Shown one piece after another: positions 40,950 through 54,985 of a DNA stretch of 64,000 nt (position 1 is the stretch's first letter; the number at the start of each line of letters is the position of its first letter). The position numbers and the translations under genes were made by a program. The notes under the pieces were generated by a model. It did no database searches. It was not told where the DNA came from and was given only the letters and a program-made list of their open reading frames with translations. Source of the stretch: Octopus vulgaris (lineage: Eukaryota); contig OX597820.1 in assembly GCA_951406725.2 (NCBI GenBank), positions 88,722,001-88,786,000 on the forward strand, given 5' to 3'.

Positions 40950-41940
40950 TGGCTGCCCCCTCGTTATCGAGTATGGCCATTGCATGAAGCTTAACTGTTA
41001 CTGGTGCTGTGATCGAATGTGACTTTTTAGCCCAGCTAAAGATCTACAATTTCTTGTACAAACTTAAGTTTGTGCTGACTTCAAACGTCTACGCTGCTCT
41101 CCGCAAAAGAGACGGAGTATTGTGACAATTTCTCAACCGTAGTGTTTGTTCCTTCTCGAGCCGGTTTTCCTTGGCGTACAGGTCCCCCACCTGGATGGGA
41201 CGCCGCTCCATCGCAGGTGAGCTGCAAGATGCAGGGGGAAAGAGTGAGAGAAAGTTGCGGCGGAAGAGTCAGCAGAAGTTCGCCATTACCTTCTGCCGGA
41301 GCCGCGTGGAGCTTAGGTGTTTCGCTCATAAACACACACATCGCCCGGTCTGAGATTCAAACCGGCGATCCCTCGACCGCGAGTCCGCTGCTTTAACCAC
41401 TCGGCCATGTGCCTCCACACCAACAGTAGTGGAGATACAGTTGTCAGTAAGTGGTAGTATAAGGGAAAAAAATCGTCTGGTTTCGGTGGTCTCCCCCAAC
41501 AGCTTTTTAGATACATACAAGACTTGTTCGACTTAGTCACTTGGCAAACGTCTATCGCAAATGGAAGCACACTGAAGGAAACCAACAAGTGCTATAATCA
41601 AGGAATAATGATGCTTAAGAAGGTCGAGAAATATCATTGGTAATATCTTGTCGATAACTCTGCTGGACAGAAAGTTCAAAACTTTGACCAAGGTATTTGC
41701 GAAGAAGTTGATTCTTATTGACAATTGTGTGGCTGAGAGCGCACAAGACTTGTGCAATTTCCAATAGAACCATGACGACCTTCACTCTATGCAATACACT
41801 CGTATAAAGTACTTGGTGGGCCTCTGATCAACTTATATTAACGCAAAACTTTTGATCGAGTCGAACATTAATACTAAATGATTCTCTTCAGCACAGCTAT
41901 TTACTGTCTGGTTTTCACGGTGCAGCGTTCTTTCCAGTGT
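40950..41940 (-). mobile_element. Decayed RTE-like LINE 3' region interrupted by a family C-headed SINE (41148-41417, -)
   Basis: Degenerate post-RT motifs (..CWGRPPK) on the minus strand. The SINE head GGAGGCACATGGCCGAGTGGTTAAAGCAGCGGACTCGCGG is also on the minus strand. Confidence 0.5.
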
Positions 41941-42465
41941 TTTTCCTTGTTTTTCTTTTTTTTCTACAACCCTCAACATGTAGCTATTCAAAGAACATCA
42001 ACCAGATCGCAAATATATATACATGATTTAATATTATATTGTATATATTATATATTATATAATATATTGTGTGTGTGCGAGAGAGAGTGAGAGAGTGAGA
42101 AAGAGACTGCTAGAAAAAGAGAGAGAGACAGAGAGAAAGAGAGACAGACAGACATCAGACAGAGAGGTTCTATGTCCCACCAGCATGACGTTTACTTCCG
42201 GCAGCCATCTTGTCTCTTTCGTGCTAGCTCGAATAGTTACCCTGGCTATTATTTATCTCTATGCATGTAGAAAAGCGATAAACAAATAGGTTTGTTTTGA
42301 TTGTTGACTCCTCGCTTTAAAATTTCCGATCATCTTGCGCGCCATACTATTCTGCGTACTACTAAGTTTAACACTAACTCTTCTTGAATTTAATTTAATG
42401 CAATATAACTTAATTTAACGTAATCGCAGGTCTACCTCTATTTAAAATCTTTTCACCAGTGACAG

Positions 42466-42585
<120 letters not shown>

Positions 42586-42611
42586 TGTATGTATGTATGT
42601 ATGTATGTATA

Positions 42612-43918
42612 CAGGGTGGGTGGAACGTAACTAGGCAATTTTTAGTATCACTGAAGTCTTGACGAAAGCATGTTTTAAATAGACAACACTAATAGGGATT
42701 TCTTATTTACTTAGTGTCTTATTGTCTTATTTCTTATTTTCCAAATGACCGGTCGCTTGACTGTTCAGGAGCGAGCTAAGATAGCAGTACGCTATGGCGT
42801 GTGGAATTCCATTGTCTTGCTTCAGAGATGGTGTGGTGCATGGAAAGGTAAGCATGCAACACTACGTGTGGAGACAATAAAAAGTTGTTATGCAAAGCCG
42901 ATGACCGCGGGCTCTGTGAATGATGCAAGAAAAAGTGGCCGTCCACCACATCTCGATCAGCGGGAAACGTGGCAACAGTGCCGGAAATGTTTAATCGCAG
43001 CCCGCAGAAGTCAACACGTCAAGCAGCTCGTGAAAGTGAACTAACAAGACACACAATACGTACGGTGTTGCATAAAGAATTGTATTTTCGTCCGTGGAAA
43101 CCCCATTACGTGCGGGAGCTAAAATTTGAAGATGGTGACCGCAGAAGTCCAAAACTCCAGAACTCCAAGAAGTTCAAATTTCATTCCATGTAATTTTTAC
43201 CTGTGGGGTTACACAAAAGAGGAGGTATACAAGACAAGACCTCGCACACAGGAGGACTTGGAGGCATGGATTCAGGAGATTCTCAATGATATCCCAGACG
43301 ACGTCCTTCAGAAGGTCATTCATTCCATTCTTGGCCGTTTGAAGAAACTGGTGAAAGCCACTGGTGCTTAGGTTTGAAATATGAAGATTTACTTTCATTT
43401 TCCCATGTAACAAAGGACGTGTATCATGTTTCTGTGAATTTGTAAAAGGAATACTCTTACTCTTTACTCTTTTACTTGTTTCAGTCATTTGACCGCGGCC
43501 ATGCTGGAGCACCGCCTTTAATCGAGCAACTCGACCCAGGGACTTATTCTTTTGTAAGCCCAGTACTTATTCTATCGGTCTCTTTTGCCGAACCGCTAAG
43601 TAACGGGGACATTAAACACACCAGCATCGGTTGTCAAGCAATGCTAGGGGGACAAACACAGACATACAAACACACACACGCATATATATATATACATATA
43701 TACGACGGGCTTCTTTCAGTTTCAGTCTACCAAATCCACTCACAAGGCATTGGTCGGCCCGGGGCTATAGCAGAAGACACTTGCCCAAGATGCCACGCAG
43801 TGGGACTGAACCCGGAACCATGTGGTTGTTTAGCAAGCTACTTACCACACAGCCACTCCTGCGCCTGGATGGATTTTATTATCAATTTTTAATGCCTACT
43901 TACTTTTCACCCACCCTG
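42612..43918 (+). mobile_element. Internally deleted Tc1/mariner-superfamily element (rosa/maT-like), TA TSD, carrying a SINE A insertion at 43453-43865 (-)
   Basis: TIRs TA-CAGGGTGGGTGGAACGTAACTAGGCA and TGCCTACTTACTTTTCACCCACCCTG-TA. N-terminal HTH MTGRLTVQERAKIA..RKSGRP and C-terminal PRSSNFIPCNFYLWGYTKEEVYK are present; the catalytic middle is deleted. Confidence 0.85.
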
Positions 43919-43944
43919 TATGTGCACACACGCACGCACGCACA

Positions 43945-43989
<45 letters not shown>

Positions 43990-44322
43990 AACACTCACAA
44001 ACACCACCACCACCCACACACACATATATATATATAACATGCATCTTTCAGTTTCTGCCTGTCAGATTTACTCACAAACCTTTCATTGGCTCGAATCTAT
44101 CGTAGAAGCCACTTGCCCAAAGTGCCATGCAGTGGCACTGAATCCGGCACCATGTGACTGAGAAGCAAACATCTTACTACTCAGCCATGTTGTGCCTATA
44201 TATACGTACATGCATGCATATATACATATACATATACATACGTAAATACACATACATACATGTGTGTATACAGATGTATGTATGTGTGTATGTATATATA
44301 TGTGAGGAGGAGGAGGAGGAGG

Positions 44323-44655
44323 AGACCCCCTTCGATCATGAATGACCATGGGATTGCACCTAGAAAGTTACCCTCCGAGGCACAAGTCCGGGCATGGTTG
44401 TTTATGGAAGACAATAGTTACCCATGCATACCAGCCTCCCCTCTCCATACCACTGATGTTGTTTAAGGGAAAGGCAAAGGGGCCGATACAGCTTGCAACT
44501 CATTTCTACAGCTGAGTTAACTGGAGCAATGTGAGATAAAGTGTCTTGCTCAAGAACACAACATGCAGCCCGATCCAGGAATCGAACTCACAACTTCACA
44601 ATCGTAAGTTCGACGCTCTAACCTCTGAGCCATGCGCCTTCACTATGTATGTATG

Positions 44656-44703
<48 letters not shown>

Positions 44704-44721
44704 CATACATACATATATACA

Positions 44722-44796
<75 letters not shown>

Positions 44797-45112
44797 TATA
44801 TATACATACATACATACATACATAGTGAAGGCGCATGGCTCAGAGGTTAGAGCGTCGAGACTTTACGATTGTGAAGTTGTGAGTTCGATTCCTGGATCGG
44901 GCTGCATGTTGTGTTCTTGAGCAAGACAAGACACTTTATTTCACATTGCTCCCTTAGTGGTAACTCAGCTGTAGAAATGAGTTGCAAGCTGTATCGGCCC
45001 CTTTGCCTTTCCCTTAAACAACATCAGTGGTATGGAGAGGAGAAGCTGGTATGCATGGGTAACTATTGTCTTCCATAAACAATCATGCGCCGGACTTGTG
45101 CCTCGGAGGGTA

Positions 45113-45117
<5 letters not shown>
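44323..45117. repeat. Head-to-head inverted pair of SINE D copies around a microsatellite
   Basis: 44323-44641 (-) and 44826-45117 (+) share the flank CATAGTGAAGGCGC and a private internal deletion. Confidence 0.85.
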
Positions 45118-45181
<64 letters not shown>

Positions 45182-45313
45182 GAAATGAGGTAATCAGAAG
45201 ATCGGATGGTTTATATTTACTGATATTTATTTATATATTACATTTTTTACATATATATCATATCACTTAGATCATTAGCGCTTTCTCCCATTCTATATAT
45301 ATATATATATATA

Positions 45314-45376
<63 letters not shown>

Positions 45377-45549
45377 GTATAAAGACAATGTTCAGAAACA
45401 ATGATAATTATTGGTGTCGACGGTCGTACGCTTTTCCCATATCGAAGTTCGATAAGCTGTAAAAATTTGTTAAAGCCCACGGTTAGTAATTTCATTGCTA
45501 TAGATGCGAATAAAGATTCAAATTGAGGGAGTGAGACTGGTAAAATCTA

Positions 45550-45632
45550 GGTTACATATGTTTCTTAGCTAGCAGATCCTCTAATGTGATAATTACTCAA
45601 CGAGGGGTACTCAGCTAGCTACACATCTGGCC
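45550..45632 (-). ncRNA. Degenerate hammerhead-like motif with long stem II
   Basis: Minus strand reads ggc CAGATGT g tagctagc...gctagcta a GAAA catatg TA acc. The core has two substitutions relative to CTGATGA. Confidence 0.4.
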
Positions 45633-46119
45633 ACGAGGGAGTGTATATATACACTCATTTTATTCGGAGATGTACATATACATAATGTTGTCTACATATG
45701 ATATAGTATACGATACGATATGATATATATACACACACACGTGTGTGTGTGTGTGTGTGCAGCCAACATTTTCTCATATAGCCTACATAATGTAGATGTG
45801 AATTATTTGCAGAAAATCTAGCTGCTATTTCTAGCAGTTGGGGCTGCTACGTGGTGACCCCGTATTCTTGAGTTTTCTGTGGTTTTTCAACTCTCTGTCA
45901 ATCTTGGCACAGTAGATTTAGGGTCAAAATCATTCCAGTCAAAGTAATCCTGTGTTCTCATATATCGGGAACTGACGACACTATCTTCTGTGTCTTTTTG
46001 TCTTTTAAACGACAACAGACTGGAATTTGAGAGAATTTTGTCTGTTATTTCTAGCACGTAACTCAACCACATATTTGAACCCTTGCCAACTTATTTATGG
46101 TCATCTTCATGATATTAGC

Positions 46120-46739
46120 GATAACGACATTGGTGAGGATGGTGGTGATAATTGTGGTGATTTTGACAGTGGTAACTGTAATGATGGAGGTGGTGGTGGT
46201 GGTGGTGACGGTCTTGCCGGCGAAGGTGGTAGCGTCGATGGAGGTGAGATGATAATGATGATGATGATGACGATGATGGAGTTGATGGTGATGACGGAAG
46301 TGTTGGTGGTGATAATGATGATGGCGATCATGAAAGAGGACACGAGAAGGAAGGGCAAAAGAAAATATAAAAGACGAAAAGTTAGTAGTAGTAGTAGTAG
46401 TGGTGGTGGTGGTGGTGGTGGTGGTGGTGGTGGTGGTGGTGGTGGTGGTGGTGTTGGTGGTGGTGTTGTTGGTGGTGGTGTTGGTGGTGGTGGTGTTGGT
46501 GGTGGTGGTGGTGGTGGTGGTGGTGGTGGTGGTGGTGGTGGTGGTGGTGGTGGGTGGTGGTTTCGTGGTGGTGGTGGTGGTGGTGGTGGTGGTGGTGGTG
46601 GTGGTGGTGGTGGTGGTGGTGGTGGTGGTGGTGGTGGTTCGGACGCGTAGCAAAGAAAAGAAATAAAAACTGATGATGATGATGTTGATGATGATGATAA
46701 TGATGATGATGAAGATGACGATGATCATGACGGCGGAAG

Positions 46740-46770
<31 letters not shown>

Positions 46771-47062
46771 CATGATGATGATGATGATGATGATTATGAT
46801 GGCGACGACGACGACGACGACGATTACAACGGTGGTGGCAACGCTGACGACGACCTTGATAGCGAGATGTCTGTGATGGGGGGTTTATTGCAGCAGACAG
46901 TGGCAATGGTGGCGATGGCGGTGGTGGTGGTGGTAGTGGTGGTCTCGGTGGGTGGTGGTGATGATGATGATCACGACGACGACGACGACGACGACGACGA
47001 CAACGTCGACGACGACGACAACGTCGACGACGACGACTACAACGATGACAACGGCGGCGATG
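46120..47062. repeat. Trinucleotide microsatellite mosaic (GGT/GAT/GAC/GTT)n
   Basis: Read directly from the sequence. Confidence 0.9.
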
Positions 47063-47326
47063 TAAAATGAGGAATGAGGAAAGAAAAACAGAAGGAAGTG
47101 GGAGTGTGGCGGGATTGAGTACAAGCTGTAGTCTCAACCACCTGTTCCTTCACCTTACAGAGTTTCCGAGACATTTTGACGCCAAACATGCGGTGAGAAG
47201 TCGGGGTGGGGTGGTGGATGCTGGAAGTAGAAAGACAAAATGGAAAAAGAACACCGACCAAAACTGCTCTTCTATAGCATGACTCTCTCTCTACTGCTCT
47301 CCTCTTCTTTTCGTCTCTTCTTCCCC

Positions 47327-47371
<45 letters not shown>

Positions 47372-47489
47372 TCTTTTCCTCTTTCTCTTTCCCTCTTTCC
47401 CTCTTTTCCTCTCTCTCTCTCTCTCTCTCTGAACTCATTCCATATGATTCCGTCATTTTGTACAACAGATTCCACCATCCAAATGTGTT

Positions 47490-47534
<45 letters not shown>

Positions 47535-47692
47535 ACAGGTCCATACACAGATATATGTATACGCATACATGCATGAACACATATTCCTACACATAAACAC
47601 ATGAAAAGATATATATATACATACACACATAACGATTCTCTGAAAGACAGAATGTGTTCTTAGATTTCCATAAATACCATGTGTGCGAATGC

Positions 47693-47723
<31 letters not shown>

Positions 47724-48027
47724 CATACATACATTTTACATGCATACATACATACATACATACATACATACATACATACATACATACATACATACATACA
47801 TACATGCATGCATGCATACATACATACATACATACAAATATACATACATGCATACATACATACATACATACATACATACATACATACATAACCCTCTCAT
47901 GCACCAAATGGCAGTTGCTAAAAAGCATTCGTGAAGTAAAATCATGTAGCAACACCAAATGGCGGTGCCCCAGCATGGCCACAGCTCATGAGCTGAAACT
48001 AGATAAGATAAGATAAGATAAGATACA

Positions 48028-48059
<32 letters not shown>

Positions 48060-48380
48060 AATTGTTTAAATGTTCGATCTGTATAAATATATATGTGTAT
48101 GTATGTATGTGTGTGTATGTGTGTGTGCGCGCGCGCGTGTGTGTGAGCGGACAAACGAAAGAAAAAGATATCCAACACATTTAGTTGGAGTTGTATGTAT
48201 AATTATTGAAAAGAGCGACTTAAAGTTTAACAGGCTTCTAATAGAAACCCGTTTCATTGAGGTTAAGCCTGAAAGAGAGAGGTTTCTGATAGAGACCCAC
48301 GAAGCTTTAAGTTGCATGGAGCCGAATCAAAAATTTTAAAATGATATATACATATACATATACATAATGATATATACATA

Positions 48381-48522
48381 AGTTGCTTGCTTACCAACCA
48401 CATGGTTCCGGGTTCAGTCCCACTGCGTGGCATCTTGGGCAAGTGTCTTCTGCTGTAGCCCCGGGCCGAAAAATGCCTTGTGAGTGGATTTGGTAGACGG
48501 AAACTGAAAGAAGCCTGTCGTA

Positions 48523-48604
<82 letters not shown>

Positions 48605-48811
48605 TGTGTCTGTGTTTGTCCCCCTAGCATTGCTTGACAACCGATACTGGTGTGTTTACGTCCCCGTCACTTAGCGGTTCGGCAAAAGAGACCGATAGAA
48701 TAAGTACTGGGCTTACAAAGAATAAGTCCCGGGGTCGATTTGCTCGACTAAAGGCGGTGCTCCAGCATGGCCGCAGTGAAATGACTGAAACAAGTAAAAG
48801 AGTAAAAAGAG
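48381..48811 (+). mobile_element. SINE family A
   Basis: Matches the family consensus; slightly 5'-truncated. Confidence 0.85.
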
Positions 48812-48817
48812 TATATG

Positions 48818-48862
<45 letters not shown>

Positions 48863-48909
48863 CCTGTAAATATTGTAAAACCATTCGCACCGAAATATAT
48901 ATACATATA

Positions 48910-49110
48910 TAGTTAATCCAAACACGAACAAAGAGAAAACACAACAACGCGAGGACGTTGAACAAGTATAGTGTTATTGGACACTCAGGAAAGGAAAGAA
49001 AGAAGGAGGATTTAACGTCTCGAGCGGAGCTCTTCGTCAGAAACATAGAAAAAGGGAAGATCCAAGGAAGAAAAGACGAGGAAAGAAAATCGCCAACGAT
49101 ACACACACGC
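48910..49110 (-). mobile_element. Second copy of the 200-bp hammerhead-like element (motif at 49010-49044)
   Basis: Minus strand reads gttt CTGACGA a gagc-tcc-gctc GAGA cg TT aaat. Confidence 0.7.
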
Positions 49111-49489
49111 ATACCCCCGTCCCTCCCTCCCAACCTTCCACTATCCCCACCACCCTTCCTACTTCTAACACCATCCCCACCACTACTTTCATAAACAATG
49201 GTTATAAAGCATTTAGAGTGGAGTAAAATCCCAGAAATTATCCCTAGAGTAGTGGAAGAATGTTATTTTCTCGGACGACTCATCCTTTACCTTATTTTCG
49301 ACCGCCGGCCGAGTATACGTTTGGAGACAGCCAAAAGAAGCATTTGACCCAGACTGCCTTCTTCCAACTATTAAACATGGAGGAGAATTTGTTGATCTGG
49401 GGCGGGGGTGGGGATTATATCTTAGAAATCCGCCGGCCCAATGGTTTCCCTTCATGGCAGAATTAATAGTTAAGGCTATTTAAGCCTTT

Positions 49490-49590
49490 CATCTGATCAA
49501 ATTCATGTTATGGTTGCAGAACAGTTCCCGGAATCTTTCAGGATGATAATGCACCAATTCACGCAGCCGAAGTTGTTACTGAATGGCATT
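49490..49590 (+). mobile_element. Tc1-type transposase fragment
   Basis: IFQDDNAPIHAAEVVTEW motif. Confidence 0.6.
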
Positions 49591-50189
49591 AGTGAGATGG
49601 TATAATTAACACATTGCGTAAGTACAATCAACCATCAAAGGTGTAAAATGTGCTTCTTCAGGTGATTAATTTGAATTAGTGTTTCATTAGAACACACTGT
49701 CATTTCACTCTATACAAGAATGAATACCCCAAATAGTGCACTATTTTCAGCAATTTGCAGACAAAATTAAATCCCTAGATATAGTGACAGACAAAACACA
49801 AGAATAATCAAAATACAAAATACAAAAACAAAGAAACAAAAATAAGAATCTCACATCTTAAGTTAACAAGAAATTACAATTCTATCTTTATGGTCAGATT
49901 ATTAGGAAGGAAAAAAATAACAAAATGAAGAATGAAATAAAGCGTTTAGAGATAATGTGATAAAGTGATAAAGACTAACCATTTTTGAGCTTATCAGTCT
50001 ATTTACTTAAAAGGGATCTAAAATGACCCCTGCTTGTTATAACAAAACATCTGGTTCCGTCCCACACGAGAATCTTGACAAACTTAATTTTTGATTATCT
50101 TGCCTTAATATTGTTTTTTTTTTTTTTTTGTAGCATTTAGAAAAATAAGTAAGTTAGTAGGTGAACTCTTCGCTGCGTACATATTATTA

Positions 50190-50666
50190 TCTACTCTAGG
50201 CAGAAGGCCCGAAATTTTGTGGGGGAGGGGGGTCAGTAGATTTTATCGACCCCAGTACGCAACTGATACCTGATTTATCGACCCCGAAAGGATGAAAGGC
50301 AAAGTCGATCACGGCGGAATTTGAACTCAGAGCGTAAAGACAGACGAAATACCTATTTCTTTACTACCCAAAAGAGGTTAAACACAGAGAGGACAAACAA
50401 GGACAGACAAACGGATTAAGTCGATTACATCGACGCCAGTGCGTAACTGCTACTTATTTAATCGACCCCGAAAGGATGAAAGGCAAAGTCGACCTCGGCG
50501 GAATTGGAACTCAGAACGTAGCGGCAGACGAAATACCTATTTCTTTACTACTCACAAGGGGCTAAACACAGAGAGAACAAACAAGGACAGACAAACGGAT
50601 TAAGTCGATTATGTCAACCCCAGTGCGTAACTGGTACTTATTTAATCGACCCCGAAAGGATGAAAG
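50190..50666 (-). mobile_element. SINE B multimer with two +48 junctions
   Basis: CGAAATACCTATTTCT at about 50345 and about 50530. Confidence 0.85.
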
Positions 50667-50800
50667 TCCACGAAAGCCCTTAAAAATATCAGTCAACTGG
50701 GGCTCACTGAATTCACTTTATACGCTTCATTGGCATCTTCAAACACATTTCATAGAAACAACCGGTATCTATCGACTTCGCATATCAAACTTTTGAAAGA

Positions 50801-50896
<96 letters not shown>

Positions 50897-50924
50897 GGGA
50901 AGAGGAGGGGAGGAGGAAGAGGAA

Positions 50925-50963
<39 letters not shown>

Positions 50964-50966
50964 GAA

Positions 50967-51005
<39 letters not shown>

Positions 51006-51230
51006 GAAGAGGAAGAGGAGGAGGAAGAGGAAGAGGAGGAAGAGGAAGAGGAGGAGGAAGAGGAAGAGGAAGAGGAAGAGGAAGAGGAAGAGGAGGAAGA
51101 GGAGGAGGAGGAGGAAGAGAAAGAGGAGGAGGAGGAAGAGGAGGAGGAAGAGGAAGGAAGAGGACGGAGGAAGAGGAGGAGGAAGAGGAAGGGAAAGAGG
51201 AGGAAGAGGAGGAGGAAGAGGAAGAGGAGT
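50801..51230. repeat. (GAT)n followed by a (GAG/GAA)n purine tract
   Basis: Read directly from the sequence. Confidence 0.95.
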
Positions 51231-51249
51231 GAGGCAGAGTTTATGATCA

Positions 51250-51537
51250 TTTTTTCAGGATGTTTGTGTCCTAGTTGCGATATGCCTCAATGATTCTGAG
51301 AGCTATGCCAACGGAGTGTAAGCTCCCCGATAGAGCCTACAGAAACATCGATAACAATTCCAAAAGCAACTTAACCAGGAAGAGGAAGGAAGGCCTTCCC
51401 TCATTGAAACAAAAGACGCTGCAAGAAAGCAAGGATCCAACTGGAAAGAAGCAGAAAAAAAAAACACGAGTTAAGAACAGGGGAGATAAGTCGTCGATGG
51501 TTGATGCTCCACAGTGAGCGAAGGCGTTAAGTAAGTG
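51250..51537 (+). mobile_element. RTE-like LINE 3' end
   Basis: Degenerate RKRKEG-P motif and an end ATGCTCCACAGTGAGCGAAGGCGTTAAGTAAGT with a (TAAG)n tail. Confidence 0.5.
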
Positions 51538-51704
51538 GTGAGAGGAAGAGAGGAAATTAACTCTAGACTGGAACCTTTGTTGCGGCTTGCAAAGGGACCG
51601 AGTTTCCAGGGCTTTTAGGGAGGGTAACCCTGTTTACAATAGAGTAAATTCCACTAAAACCATCCAAGATGTTGGCTTTAAATAGGGTAATTTATTAACC
51701 CTTC

Positions 51705-52675
51705 CACCCAAATTAAATATTAGTTTCAAGTTTTGGCACAAGGATAACAATTTTGGTAGAGCGGGTAAGTTGATTACGTTGACCCCGGTGTTCAACTGGT
51801 CCTTAATTTATCGATCTCAAAAGGATGGAAGGCAAAGTCGACCTCGGCGGAATTTGAACTCAGAACAAAGACAGAAGAAAGGCCACTAAACTTTTTGCCC
51901 GGCGTGCTAACGATTCTGCCAGCTCACTGCTTTAACACCTAAATCAAATATTAGTTTCAAATTTGGCACAGGGCCAGTAATTTGATAGGATGAGGTAGTC
52001 TGATTACATCTTCCCCAGTGATCAACGGGTACTTATTTTATCGACCTCCGAAACGATTTTAAAGGCAAAGTCGACCTCGACGGAATTTGAACTCGGAAAG
52101 AAAAGACGGACGAAATGCCGTTAAGTATTTTGTCCGGCGTGCTAACGATTCTGCCAGCTCACTGCTTTAACACCCAAATCAAATATTAGTTTCAAATTTG
52201 GCACAGGGCCAGTAATTTGATAGGATGAGGTAGTCTGATTTACGTCTTCCCCAGTGATCAACGGGTACTTATTTTATCGACCTCCGAAACGATGAAAGGC
52301 AAAGTCGACCTCGACGGAATTTGAACTCGGAAAGAAAAGACGGACGAAATGCCGTTAAGTATTTTGCCCGGCGTGCTAACGATTCTACCAGCTCACCGCC
52401 TTAACACCCAAATTGAATATTTATATTTCTTTACTACCCACAAGGGGCTAAACACAGAGGGGACAAACAAGGACAGACAAAGGGATTAAGTCGATTATAT
52501 CGACCCCAGTGCGTAACTGGTACTTAATTTATCGACCCCGAAAGGATGAAAGGCAAAGTCGACCTCGACGGAATTTGAACTCAGAACGTAACGGCAGACG
52601 AAATACTGCTAAGCATTTTGCCCGGCGTGCTAACGATTCTACCAGCTCGCCGCCTTAACACCCAAATTAAATATT
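51705..52675 (-). mobile_element. Four stacked SINE B copies separated by five copies of a 17-bp target sequence
   Basis: CACCYAAATYRAATATT at 51705, 51936, 52171, 52405 and 52659. Confidence 0.85.
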
Positions 52676-52950
52676 GCCAGGCGTTTAAGTTCAACTAGCT
52701 ATAATTTCGCGTCTGCCATAACAACCACTACCACCGACACCACTATTAATACCACCATTACCACCACCACCACCACCACCACCACCGCCATCGGCCTACA
52801 TCTTATGTACATTTACAGATGTTAAAACACTAGACACTGCAATGTACAAACAACTCTGAGAAAGTATTATTATTTGGCATTTGGAAAATGAGAAGAAGAA
52901 AAAAAAACCCTTCCAAACCTTATTTTATATGTGCCTACATGCATATTCCA

Positions 52951-52988
<38 letters not shown>

Positions 52989-53325
52989 TTACATACATAC
53001 ATTCACATACACACTAACGCAAGCTCAGACACATACACTTAATGCGTAGGTATTACGTAATTAACAGTTGAGTGCTTCTATCAAAGTTATTACTCGTTAA
53101 ACTTCATATACTTGTCACAGATGGTTGTTTAACAGCTGCTGTCAAATGTCACATTATCTCGCCGTTAATTCATTAAACTTTAGTCACACCCAATAAAAAT
53201 TCCTGTTTATATATATCTTTTATTTGATTTCTTACAAACTTTCAAAACTACTTTATTGCATTCCTTTCACAGATGTTCTTAGATCTCGCCAGAACTCAAT
53301 TACCATATTGCATATATATATATAT

Positions 53326-53515
<190 letters not shown>

Positions 53516-53561
53516 ATCTATATATGTATGTGTGTGTATGTATATATGTGTGTGTATGTAC

Positions 53562-53596
<35 letters not shown>

Positions 53597-53869
53597 TATA
53601 TATATATATATATGTATATATATAACACATGTATATATCGTATATGTGTTGTACATAGAATGTGTATAATGTATACAATCACATAGATATATGATATATG
53701 CACACATATGAACATAGATCTTTACACACACTTAAATTCATACACACACAAATACAGACACACAGACAGAAAAACCGACGGGCGCACACATTTTATTTTT
53801 CTAATTATAATATGAAATGTAAATTCTGCGCTACGCATGGCGTGCTTCGTATCTGTGCGTCTATGCATG

Positions 53870-53961
<92 letters not shown>

Positions 53962-54151
53962 ATGTGCAGTTCATACTCACTCGTTTACATATACTAAGCA
54001 CATCACATTAATTTACCAAATTGGATTTCGACTTAAGCATTAACCATTTAGTAGAGCGCAAGTTTGTTTTCCATTAATGTTCCATTTATCCTAATCGACA
54101 AATTTTTGAAATTATCGACTCCATCATTGTAAGTCATCGTGTAAATAATAA

Positions 54152-54985
54152 TAGTTTCAAATTTTGGTACAAGGCTAGTAATTTCAGGGAGAGAGATAGT
54201 CTATTTTATCGACTCTTATGTTTAATTGGTACTTATTTTATCGAACCCTAGAGGATAAAAGGCAAAGAACACCTTGGCGGAATTTGAACTCAGAATGTAA
54301 AGACGGACGAAATGCCGCTAAGCATTTCGCCTAGAAGCTAACGTTTCTTATTTCTTTATTGCCCACAAGGGGCTAAACGTAGAGGGGACAAACAAGGACA
54401 GACAAAAGGATTAAGCCGATTACATCGACGCCAGTGCGTAACTGGTACTTAATTTATCGACCCCGAAAGGATGAAAGGCAAAGTCGACCTCGGCGGAATT
54501 TGAACTCAGATCGTAGCGGCACACGAAATACCTATTTCTTTATTGCCCACAGGGAGCTAAACATAGAGGGGACAAACACGGACAGACATAGGTATTAAGT
54601 CGATTACATCGACGCCAGTGACAACTGGTACTTAATTTATCGACCCCGAAAGGATGAAAGGCAAAGTCGACCTCGGCGGAATTTGAACTCACGACGTAAC
54701 GGCAGACGAAATACCGCTAAGCATTTCGCTCGTTCGCCTGGCGTGCTAACGTTTCTGCCAGTTCGCGCTTTTGTAGTAATAATAATAATATTTTTCTATT
54801 ATAGCCTTAAGGGCTGAAATTTCGGGTGAGTCGGTTAATCGAGTACATCGATCTCAGTACTCAACTGGTACTTATTTCATCGGCCCTGAAAGTATGAAAG
54901 GCAAAGCCAACCTCGGCGGAATCTGAACACGGAATGGTAAAATCGGAAGAAATGCCGCTAGACATTTTACGATCAAACGATTGCA
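54152..54985 (-). mobile_element. SINE B trimer (+48 and +15 junctions) plus an older copy
   Basis: Junctions at about 54532 and about 54348. Confidence 0.85.

Noticed and set aside
46027-46650. Glycine-rich structural protein
   Set aside because: It is a (GGT)n/(GAT)n mosaic open in several frames on both strands.
50801-51232. RGG-rich, acidic-tail protein resembling an RNA-binding protein
   Set aside because: It is the translation of (GAT)n and a (GAG/GAA)n tract.
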